In this document: one piece after another, positions 12,559 to 23,674 of the stretch | How positions within the stretch are numbered: the stretch's first letter is position 1 | Layout: the number at the start of each line of letters is the position of its first letter | Assembly (NCBI RefSeq): GCF_006345805.1 | Contig: NC_043015.1 | Span: forward strand, 36,394,001 to 36,458,000 | Direction: 5' to 3' | DNA: 64,000 bases | Source: Octopus sinensis | Taxonomy: Eukaryota | Translations under genes and position numbers: made by a program | Notes under the pieces: model-generated | The model's database searches: none | Seen by the model: only the letters and a program-made list of their open reading frames with translations | Told to the model about the DNA's origin: nothing

Positions 12559-13233
12559 TCTCATTTGTTACAATACTCGGTTACATTACTGACGGACATC
12601 TCATCTGAGGATCGTTTATTTACGAGTATTTATTCTACGATCGATAGAGAAAATAAGGGCTTTTCTAGGTTGGCAGAATATCTGCTAGAAATAGCAACCA
12701 CATTCCTTCAAATCATGACCGATCATTTTAAGAGGAATATGTCATATTGGACATGCTTGCTGCAAGAAATACTAGATCGTGACTGTCACGGATGGAAGTC
12801 ATTGAAACATGCATTTGCGCAGTTACATACAAACTCTGGCTTAACATTAAGAATAGCAACGACAATAACAAGTCACAAATACTTGCAGGAAATGGAGGAC
12901 ATACGGTCGCTCGACCAACAGAAATAGCAGCTAAATTCTATCAAATCATACATCATCGTTCTAAGAAGTAATAAAATGTTGTTGGAGATTGTAAAGAGAA
13001 ATACATAAAAAAACTGATGGTTACGGAAAGCGTGACTGAACTTATATCTGCTCAGTTATGACCGACCTGGGGTTGAACAACAAATATAACGAAATCAATG
13101 ACAATATGATCATCTACGACATATGCATGCATACATACACACATGCATATCGATCGTGGAATAAATAGTCGTAAATAAACGATCCTCAGATGAAACGTCC
13201 GTCAGTAATGTTACCGAGTACGGAACAAATGAG
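12559..13233. repeat. Inverted pair of an ~86-bp repeat (12559-12645 / 13149-13233)
   Basis: CTCATTTGTT..TACTCGGT.ACATTACTGACGGAC.T.TCATCTGAGGATCGTTTATTTACGA.TATTTATTC.ACGATCGAT is present in both orientations. Confidence 0.85.
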
Positions 13234-13418
13234 TGTCGGCCGCAGTCAAACGACTGAAAAGCAGAAAAAAATAAAAGAATAAACGTTAAGATAATTACGG
13301 AAAGAATAGGAAGGAGAATTTGCGCTGCCATGGTTTCCTATGCAACGTTAATCCGGTTCAAGTCCCCCTCCATTACTCATTTAAATATTTATCCCAGAAA
13401 GCTTCGTCGTCTCATTTG

Positions 13419-13474
13419 CGACCGTATCAATGGATTTTGTCTCTGATCAGAGTCGAAATTCATTGATACGGTCG
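13419..13474. repeat. 56-bp near-perfect palindrome centred on TGATCA
   Basis: CGACCGTATCAATG...CTCTGA|TCAGAG...CATTGATACGGTCG with three central mismatches. Confidence 0.9.
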
Positions 13475-13520
<46 letters not shown>

Positions 13521-13523
<3 letters not shown>

Positions 13524-14077
13524 ATGGTTGTATACTGTCAATCTAACAAGAACGTGACAGTAGGGGGTACACCACCGCTGTATAGCCCTAGGAAGCATCG
13601 AACGCCTCCTGATAGCTTTGACACATTTTTTCCCTGTGTCCTTATATAGATATACGAAGGGGAGACAAACACCCCCGGCTGCCGGAACTGCATCTAGGGA
13701 CACCGTGTTTCAGGATCATTGTCCTTCATCGGCCTAGAGTAGCAGGCACCGGTCAGCTGGTGATATTTGCCTCGACTTCGTAATTCTATATATCTATATT
13801 CAGTGAAGTTTATACACTGATTATCAAAATAAGAAATATTGAATTTCTAAATCTCTCGTAGAGACATGTGCGGTGGTGGGGCGATAGAATGGTTGTATAC
13901 TGTCAATCTAACAAGAACGTGACAGTAGGGGGTACACCACCGCTGTATAGCCCTAGGAAGCATCGAACGCTTCCTGATAGCTTTGACACATTTTTTTCCC
14001 TGTGTCCTTATATAGATATACGAAGGGGAGACAAACACCCCCGGCTGCCGGAACTGCATCTAGGGACACCGTGTTTC
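13521..14077 (-). mobile_element. 1.5-copy tandem of a 366-bp hammerhead-containing unit (retrozyme-like or PLE pLTR)
   Basis: 13521-13711 and 13886-14077 differ by one substitution and one T-run indel. A hammerhead spans the repeat/spacer junction. Flanked by (TA)n-type repeats. Confidence 0.8.
13693..13738 (-). ncRNA. Type I hammerhead ribozyme motif (U4C variant)
   Basis: UCUAGG-CCGAUGA-AGGA caauga UCCU-GAAA-CAC g GUG-UC^CCUAGA: 6-bp stem I, 4-bp stem II, near-palindromic stem III, GUC site. Confidence 0.8.
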
Positions 14078-14796
14078 TGCTGCTTTAAATAAAGTATATA
14101 TATATATCTGTGTGTGTGTGTGAAGTAAATTCTCTTGTACCGTAATCACTGGAGTTCAGAAATGAAAGAAATACCCTTGCTGGGCAGGAAAGTAAATAAA
14201 AGAGTGTTTCAGCCCCTCAGTGAAAGCGCTGCTTTTCAGAGTGTCACCTCGATAGATTGTAAGTAATTACAAGGGGGAAACAGAGGGAAGCTTATATACA
14301 AAAAATTGGGAGAAAGGGTAATTAGGAAACAATAAGACCGAGAAATATCACACAAAAATAAAGGGTTGATACTGATCAGATGTATTCAGAATGAAGACGA
14401 TTAATTATCAGAGGAAAAAGATAAACAAGTCCTGAAGTGCGTGTGTGACGCAGATTGCAACATTTTTGATTGTAAAGGTTTGTTTATAATGACTCAGCCA
14501 TTAATAAAGAAGTTCAGATGCGTCAATTTACCAGGTGGAAATATTACACTCAATGATTAATTAATCGGTTAATCATATTAATTAAATTGTTTAATTAGTT
14601 TATATGTGATGAAAGTTACTTTCAGTAGTTGCAAGATAAATTAGTCTAAAGTTTTAAATTTGTATACAGAAATATATGTGTGTGTGTGTGTGTGTGCGTG
14701 TGCGCGTGTGTTTACACAGATATACATGTATGTATACTTGTGTGTGTCTGTATATACATTCATAATTACAAATATATACTCACACACATGTGTATG

Positions 14797-14830
<34 letters not shown>

Positions 14831-14867
14831 ATATATATACTTTATTTTAAGCAGCAGAAAATTCAAC

Positions 14868-14915
14868 AAAATCTGTTACTCTGAGTTTCTCGTTGCCGTT
14901 CATCAGACAGTTTTT
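14868..14915 (-). ncRNA. Minimal type I hammerhead motif (left arm)
   Basis: AAAAACUGU-CUGAUGA-a CG gcaa CG a-GAAA-CUC a GAG-UA^ACAGAUUUU. Confidence 0.7.
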
Positions 14916-15776
14916 GCTAGAATGGAACATATATATAAATTCAATCTATACTCTTACAAACGCTACACCTTTAAAAAGAAATGGACTTGTTTGATTGGCC
15001 CTTTAGAAAAAACGGTCAATCTTCGAACGATAAACAAAAAGGTCAAAAATATATGTATATATATATAAAAAAAACTTATAAAAATTATAAAATCCGAGGA
15101 AAAAACCGAGGAAAAAATCTATTGCCGTTAATGAAGACAGTACAAATTAATGCATAGAAATTAAACCTGTTATAAATACTGCAATACATATTTATATTAA
15201 AATCCACATATATATATCAACATACACAAAAGGATGCGCGTAAACGCCATACATACATATACAGACGTATGAATATGAATCTAAATTATACACATAAAAG
15301 CATGTGTACATATATTCACGCAAACCGTCTCGCACGCAAGCTAAAATTCATCTATGTAGCAATTCTCATATACTGAGCAAGGAGGGGGAACGAAAGAAAG
15401 GGAAAGAGAGAAAAAGGAACGAAAGAGGGGTGGGGGGGAACTTGTAGCGATGTTATTGGCATCTATAGAGGCCAGTATACATACACAAGTTTGAATTGAT
15501 ACATATACATACCGTCGTGTGTATGCGTGCTTAAGCACAAGCATACTTTCACTTACACATACACAGATACGCATGCTTACAAATACATATGCTTTGCTAT
15601 ACACAAACTTATATAAACATTCTAAATTTGACAACATTGCTTTTTAAAAAAAACATTGCTTTTAAAAAATAGGTGCATTAATAAAAATATATACGAAAGA
15701 CATATAAAATAAAATATAACATCCTATTTTGGGTCATTTATAAATAATCAAGGTAATATAAATAATCAAGGTAATC

Positions 15777-16789
15777 TTATGCAATACAATAACATGAAAA
15801 CAAAGTTTGTAGGTTTTTCCTAATATATATGTAGAAACGATAAGACTTTGCTATAGGTCCGTCGTAGCGCTCAAGAGTCAAAATCAAAATCAAAAAATCA
15901 AAATACAAAATATATACTCTATCCATATGTATATTTATATTCGACATTTTAAATTTAGCCGCGTGCCTACATAAGTTCATTAACTCACTTCTTTGATTCA
16001 AAGAATTATTGTCTTTGAATAATATGTGCATTTTCTCTAATAAGCAAAGCTTGCACTTGAAATTATATTTGTAAGCTCCATGCCTGTATGGTGCCGCCCT
16101 GTCCAGAATGCTCCATGTCACGTTGAAAGGTGGGGCTTCCTTTTCTTTTAGTTCCCAGACATATTTTGCTAGGCTGGTTTTCTTCCTATTCTCTGGGGAT
16201 TTAAAAGAATTCTTATGAGAATAAAATCTTGTTTTAAATGAATTTTCTGAAGCCCCTGTGTATGTCTTGTATTCCGATGAGCCTTCCACTTGCACCTTGG
16301 CTCTATAAACTACTCCTTTCACTAGACATTTCCCTTCTAACGGACAGGAGCTTTCGTTTTTGTAATTACATTTCTTAATGGGCTCGGTACCATGTCTAAT
16401 CTCAATTAGCTTCCTATTATGTTGGCTAATGTAAGAGGCGAAATTTCTGCAACAAGAATAGCTAACCTTCAGGGTTCTTCTATTAAATATTCTGTAGAAT
16501 TTATGACCCTGCTTAAAATGCTTAGAGACTAATCTCAAAAATTCCTTACCTATATTAGTCTTTACGGCCAAATTGAAAGCCAGGTTGAACCACAAAACTT
16601 TCCTGGTCCTAGTTCTTCGTGCAGCATTATTATTAGCATAAGCTGGTTGAACTGGATCTTCTCCGAGAATCCACTATTCTTTAATGCGCTATCGTAATAA
16701 GGTGCAGCTAATGCTGATATGCTGCCTCGTCCCGAAGAAATTGAAGATATTCTTCTACCTACATTGCTGACTAAGTTGCTAAGGATAAC
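15777..16789 (-). pseudogene. PLE ORF C-terminus (RT thumb/linker plus GIY-YIG endonuclease), left arm; longest open stretch 15777-16595
   Basis: WFN..F..VKTNIGKEFL, KVSYSC, CPLEGKCLVKGVVYRAKV..YTGASENSFKTRFYSHK, CKLCLLEK..LNQRSEL..CRH. The RT catalytic core is absent and there are frameshifts near 16700. Confidence 0.85.
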
Positions 16790-16807
16790 CATCCACCAGT
16801 TATCCTT

Positions 16808-17480
16808 GCTAACCATCCACCAGTTATCCTTAGCAACTTAGTCAGCAATGTAGGTAGAAGAATATCTTAATTTCTTCGGACGAGGCAGCATTCCATAATG
16901 CTGCACCTTATTCGATAGCGCATTAAAGAATAGTGGATTCTCGGAGAAGATCCAGTTCAACCAGCTTAATGCTAATAATAATGCTGCACGAAGAACTAGG
17001 ACCAGGAAAGTTTTGTGGTTCAACCCGCCTCTTACATTAGCCAACATAATAGGAAGCTAATTGAGATTAGACATGGTGCCGAGCCATTAAGAAATGTAAT
17101 TTCAAAAACGAATGCTCCTGTCCGTTAGAAGGGAAATGTCTAGTGAAAGGAGTAGTTTATAGAGCCAAGGTGCAAGTGGAAGGCTCATCGGAATACAAGA
17201 CATACACAGGGGCTTCAGAAAATTCATTTAAAACAAGATTTTATTCTCATAAGAATTCTTTTAAATACCCAGAGAATAGGAAGAAAACCAGCCTAGCAAA
17301 ATATGTCTGGGAACTAAAAGAAAAGGAAGCCCCACCTTTCAACGTGACATGGAGCATTTCAAGTGCAAGCTTTGCTTATTAGAGAAAATGCACATATTAT
17401 TCAAAGACAATAATTCTTTGAATCAAAGAAGTGAGTTAATGAACTTATGTAGGCACGCGGCTAAATTTAAAATGTCGTCG
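16808..17480 (+). pseudogene. PLE ORF C-terminus, right arm, with 142-bp and 46-bp deletions
   Basis: Begins ANHPPVILSNLVSNVGRRIS. ORF 17143-17382 is nearly identical to the left-arm GIY-YIG. Confidence 0.85.
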
Positions 17481-18491
17481 AATATAAATATAATATGGAT
17501 AGAGTATATATTTGTATTTTGATTTTTTGATTTTGATTTTGACTCTTGAGCGCTACGACGGACCTATAGCAAAGTCTTATTGTTTCTACATATATATTAG
17601 GAAAACCTACAAACTTTGTTTTCATGTTATTGTATTGCATAAGATTACCTTGATTATTTATATTACCTTGATTATTTTAAATGACCCAAAATAGGATGTT
17701 ATATTTTATTTATATGTCTTTCGTATATATTTTTATTAATGCACCCATTTTTTAAAAGCAATATTTTTTTAAAAAAAGCAATGTTGTCAAATTTAGAATG
17801 TTTATATAAGTTTGTGTATAGCAAAGCATATGTATTTGTAAGCATGCGTATCTGTGTATGTGTAAGTGAAAGTATGCTTGTGCTTAAGCACGCATACACA
17901 CGACGGTATGTATATGTATCAATTCAAACTTGTGTATGTACTGGCCTCTTATAGATGCCAATAACATCGCTACAAGTTCCCCCCCACCCCTCTTCGTTCC
18001 TTTTTCTCTCTTTCCCTTTCTTTCGTTCCCTCCTTGCTCAGTATATGAGAATTGCTACATAGATGAATTTTAGCTTGCGTGCGAGACGGTTTGCGTGAAT
18101 ATATGTACACATGCTTTATGTGTATATTTAGATTCATATTCATACGTCTGTATATGTATGTATGGCGTTTACGCGCATCCTTTTGTGTATGTTGATATAT
18201 ATGTGGATTTTAATATAAATATGTATTGCAGTATTTATAACAGGTTTAATTTCTATGCATTAATTTGTACTGTCTTCATTAACGGCAATAGGTTTTTTCC
18301 TCGGTTTTTTCTCGGATTTTATAATTTTTATAAGTTTTTTTATATATATATACATATATTTTTGACCTTTTGTTTATCGTTCGAAGATTGACCGTTTTTC
18401 TAAAGGGCCAATCAAACAAGTCCATTTCTTTTAAAGGTGTGTAGCGTTTGTAAGAGTATAGATTGAATTTATATATATGTTCCATTCTAGC

Positions 18492-18540
18492 AAAAACTGT
18501 CTGATGAACGGCAACGAGAAACTCAGAGTAAACAGATTTT
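18492..18540 (+). ncRNA. Minimal hammerhead motif (right arm; extra A after the cleavage triplet)
   Basis: AAAAACUGU-CUGAUGA-ACGGCAACGA-GAAA-CUCAGAG-UA-A-ACAGAUUUU. Confidence 0.65.
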
Positions 18541-18638
18541 GTTGAATTTTCTGCTGCTTAAAATAAAGTATATTACTCTACCACTGGTATTTGAGTACTC
18601 TTTTTCCACCTTGTTTCACATTATGTGTTTACTCCGGT

Positions 18639-18692
<54 letters not shown>

Positions 18693-18726
18693 ATATATAG
18701 TGTATAGGCCATATGACGTATACATG

Positions 18727-18781
<55 letters not shown>

Positions 18782-19868
18782 TATATTATACATACATATA
18801 TGCATATATGGATACATATGTATAAGAGGTGGGTGTGTAAGTGTGTGTAGGTATGTATGTGTGTCTGTGTTAGTGTCTGTTAGCTCTCTTGATAGCTTTT
18901 ATCGGAAGATCGTCAACGAGATCCTTTTAATGGTTTTTAAATATTCTTCATGCAATAACTTTTATCATTATACTTGCGGTTTAATGTCGAGTAAACTTTT
19001 CTTCTTACCTTCTTTTACACATTGCCATTCATGCATTTTTCTCTCTCTCTCTCTCTCACACACACAGGCACACGCATACACACACACACAGACACACACA
19101 CAATACAGACAGACACACATGCACATACACAGTCGCACACAGACACATTCCTCCACAAATAAAATTGGATATAAGTATAAATGAAAATATTTACTCAATG
19201 TATAAAATACTCAATATATAAAATATAGAGTTCACATTTATTAGAAAGCATGCTGCAATTCAGTACATCTGAGGTACTCGGAGTTACTCAGATGTTTTTT
19301 ACACGCTCAGCAAATATTTACATGGAATCATTCAAACGAAATTATACAAAACATGAAAATTAAACTATATCAGTAAGACAAGACTCAGATGATTCCTATT
19401 TGTTTAAAATTGTTTATATAATAAAAATACTTTTCAAAATAAAGATCGCGTAACGTTTTTCCATTGTGTTTTTTCTGTATATTAAGGGGACTGAACCTGG
19501 CACGTCAGTCAACTTCGAGATAAAAATTACTCCAAGTTGCTGCTGAAATTATTGACGAAATTTATTAATGCTGATATCTTGGTGGCAGGAAGGTTTTGGA
19601 GAAACGAAAAGAAAAACCTACCATCTACATACAAGTTATTTCACGTTTGACTTCAATAGCTTCAACAGCTGCTTCGAGATCTCATTCTGTAAGAAATGTC
19701 AAATCTGTGATATTAAATAGTATTTGTTTTGATGTTGCGTATTTTTTACAAGAAGATATGTATGAGATAACACTTCCAATTACATAAAATCAGAAGCCAC
19801 GAGGGCCACTGACTGGTACTGCATTAGGGTACTCCTTATCCTTATCCTCCTCCTCCTCCTCCTCCTCC

Positions 19869-19899
<31 letters not shown>

Positions 19900-20245
19900 T
19901 ATTCATATACACATAAAAGATTAGACTATTGGAAAAGAAAAAAATCTTCATATCGGGCTACAACAAGTAAACTTAGATGCTAAGAACCCTCCTAAGTATC
20001 CTAGCTGCCCATAATAACAGTTTTCTGCAACTGTACTAAACTAGGTTTCATGTCTGTTCAAATCTTTAGAGATAGTTCCCAATGCCCCTGTAACTACTGG
20101 GATACATTTTACCCGCACTTTCCATAGTCTCTGTAATTCAATAGCTAGTTCCTGGTACTTTCCTATTTGTTCTATTCCTTTCATATTAATTTTTTCATCA
20201 TTTAGGAATGTAAAGTCAATTCTCTGGCACTTTCTATTCTCTTTA

Positions 20246-20307
<62 letters not shown>

Positions 20308-21457
20308 CAAATCAGGCCTTCTAGCTTCTATTACGCCGTCAGTCTGAATGTTGAAGTCCCAGATCTTATGTTTTTTACTTCCTAGAAATTTACTAGATTC
20401 ATGTTCATACCATTTATCAATATGTTCAAATCCTAGCTTTCAGCAAAGCACCTAGTGGATTACTCTCCCTAGATTGTTATGTATTTTCTTGTATTCTTCC
20501 TGTGCCAAACCTGAAGTCATCGTCGAAAATAGAAATGCAAAGATCCTATGATTCAATACGACCATGACTCCATTTAATTTCGACTTAAGAATCAGTCTCA
20601 GTCTGAGAATGTACTCCACCTTAACATTTTCTGTCATTTCTTTCTCCATCAATTTATTCATTTCCAAAATCCCCAAGTATTTATAGCTCGTCCCTTCTAT
20701 ATGCTTCATAACCTCCCTCGACGGTATCGTCAGCCCGTCAATGCATTCGATTTTGCGTCTCTTCAATACTAACACACCACACATTCACAGTCCGAACTGC
20801 ATTCTGACATCAGCACTGAAGGTAAACACCGTATCAACGAACGAACTGAATTGGGCTTCATTTTTACCATATAGTTTGAGGTCATCCATGAATAACAAAT
20901 CATTGACTTTTTGTTGGCGGTTTTTGAATACATACCCATTTGTGCTTTCCTCCCTTGCAAGATGCTTCTCATAATTTCTACTGTCCCTAAACGACTTTCG
21001 TATACTGTCGGGTCCGTCCTCGAATTTGCCATACTTTTTCCAAGCAATCGCTCAACATTCGATGCAATCCCAAACAGGTTCATACACTCATATCGTACGA
21101 CTTACGATAGTTGATCCATGACATGGCTAAGTTACTTTTCCTCCTCTTTTAGTCTCTAATTACAGTTTTGTCTCTCAGGTGTTGATCCTTGGTACCTCTG
21201 CACTTCCACTTGCAACCCTTCTTCTCATGTGGCAGGACTCTATTTTTTTCCAGATGTTCGTACATTGATCCTGCGAGTATTCCAGTCAAAAACTTCTACA
21301 TAAGTGGAGAACAGGATATCGGCCCATACATGTCTATCGTATTGCCTTTTTCGATGTCTTTCCGGCACAGCACTGTCTTACCCAGTGTCAACCACGCTGG
21401 TGTTCCTTGGTCGGCATTTAACAATATTCACCGGATATTGTAGATATTCCAGTCTTT
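19900..21457 (-). mobile_element. Decayed R4/Dong-clade retrotransposon (second family) with an internal deletion
   Basis: Fragments in the expected order: PAWLTLGKTVL, GTKDQHL, NLAMSWINYRKSYD, LLFMDDLKLY, YKYLGILE, RLILKSKLNG, LAQEEYKKIHNNL, IWDFNIQTDGVIEARRPDL, GKYQELAIEL, VVTGALG. The 3' end abuts (TGA)n. Confidence 0.85.
20245..20307 (-). repeat. (GTA)20 microsatellite in frame within the RLE coding sequence
   Basis: ...CCT GAT TTG (GTA)20 GTT AAA GAG... Confidence 0.93.
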
Positions 21458-21859
21458 GAGAATAGTGGGAGGAAGAGATGTTCACCTTGTTAGATTTCTG
21501 AATTTCTGAATTTCTTTCTCTTTTTCTTTTGGAATTTTTCTCTTCTTTTTAAAAGTTTTGCTGTGGTTTACAGATTTTGTAGTGATGCAGTATGTATATA
21601 TTGGCAGGTGCTTACTTCCTTAATTTTTTATCGTGCATTTAGTTGTGTTGTTACAATAAAAGGCATGTTTACATATTCTGTTATTCAGGGAAGAAGGGAA
21701 GACAAAACGTTCACACAAAATTTTAAATATTAAAGCTTCTATTTTTTTTTTGAGGTGCTCGTTTGTGTATACAAAGCTGGAGATATGTAAGTTCCACAAC
21801 TTATTTTGAGGGAAATTCAAAATACTCACAGAAAATTGTAGATATTCCAGTCTTTTAGA

Positions 21860-21893
<34 letters not shown>

Positions 21894-22196
21894 TATTATT
21901 ATTATTATTATTACTATTATTATTATTATCATTATTATTATCGTTGTTGTTGTAGCTGTTGTTAGAATTATTACTATCATTATCTTTTATATAGTAAACC
22001 GTAAGCAAGAAATACAGGATGAATTTATGCTGCGATACTTTGAGTATGATAGGTGAACTTATTTTCGTCTAACAGTTAGAAAAAGAAAATCTTCCGTGAG
22101 GTCAGAAAGTTGCCAGTGTATTACTGTATATATATACATATATATGTATGTATGTATATATGTATATGTATGTATGTGTGCATATATGTATATATA

Positions 22197-22237
<41 letters not shown>

Positions 22238-22716
22238 GACATACGCACATGCAATTATTTCCACTGTATATACTACCACATTAAAGAAACACCATAGAAT
22301 CGGAAGGACGGGACGAGATTCCACCCCGCAGCAAGCACATATTAAACATGGCGAAGCATTCGGTGGAATGAAAAGAAAATCAATAAGGCAACCGATCTTA
22401 TTAGCTGTAAGGTAAAGGAAACTTCAATTAAAATATGGTAGATTGTCGATTGTTATATAAGTTACTTTTATTGTATAATCCCGATCGTTTCTGCACGTTT
22501 TATAGTGTATCTTTCAAAGCTGACTTGCTGCGGACACATCGTGCGTTAATAATTCTTATAGAAGATTTCTTATGCATGTAGAAAGCTGATCGCTCTTGGT
22601 ATTACATGAAGATATCGATTTCTGTATGTGGAACAGGAAGACCTTACAATCGATTGAATCGACAGAATCAGGTAACTACCCCACCATGCCAGCATAGCTT
22701 ACACACAACACACCTA

Positions 22717-22790
<74 letters not shown>

Positions 22791-23474
22791 TAGATACATG
22801 TATATATATCTATACACACACACACATACACACAACCACGCACACATATATATATGTCTATTCTGTAAAATGTGAAGAGAGTGGCTGCGCAATGATTACG
22901 TAATGATTGTACTTCAAGTATTGTCAATTATTGTACGAGTTTTTTATTTTTATTTTTACGTACTTCGTTATTCTTCAAACTGTACCTTCTTGATTCCCTG
23001 CTGATTGTACTATTTCGCCTGACTGGTCATAACAATTAAATAGCGTTGAGCCGAATGTTTTCAAGTTTATGATCTGTTTAACAGATTTTAATTTTATTTT
23101 CATCAGCCGACTCATGTGTTATGTAACATATAATACACTCGTTGCATTGTGGATGGTGGGTTATAAACATTTGGTCAATTTCCGTGGTTCTTGCAGCTCT
23201 ACGAATGGATGAAAACTTATCCTTCCCTGCTGATGCATTTCGTACTTTGATTGTGTTTCGAATCAGAAAATATCATTACACGTGTCGCGCATGTTGCAAG
23301 TTCTTCCTAACTTTTAACGTGGTATGCAATAAACGGCGTTCGTCTACGGAAATGACCGTTACAGAAATCTGAGTTCTCTTTTCTGCGAATAAATTTCATC
23401 TCTCTATCTCTTTTCTATCTGTATATAATGTTATTACATATATAGATATATGTATATACATATAGGTATATATA

Positions 23475-23549
<75 letters not shown>

Positions 23550-23561
23550 TATATAAATTTT

Positions 23562-23612
<51 letters not shown>

Positions 23613-23674
23613 CATATATTTTATAAATGTATCTACACACACACATATGTATATATATATATAATCAAAATAAT

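Larger units (their letters stand above)
14835..18637. mobile_element. Head-to-head fold-back palindrome of a 5'-truncated Penelope-like element (Neptune-like GIY-YIG type)
   Basis: Arms 14835-16789 and 16823-18573 are reverse complements. Each carries the GIY-YIG coding region, ~1 kb of 3' sequence and a hammerhead. The right arm continues to about 18637. (TA)n lies on both sides. Confidence 0.92.

Noticed and set aside
12600-12660. CUGAGGA followed by a small hairpin
   Set aside because: No GAAA/stem III/UH in the right place.
17975-18045. Polypyrimidine tract plus AG in the PLE 3' region as a splice acceptor
   Set aside because: No matching donor or transcript evidence, and pyrimidine runs are common here.
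23040-23115. Minus-strand CUGAUGA with possible stem I
   Set aside because: No valid stem III or cleavage triplet; at best a decayed relic.
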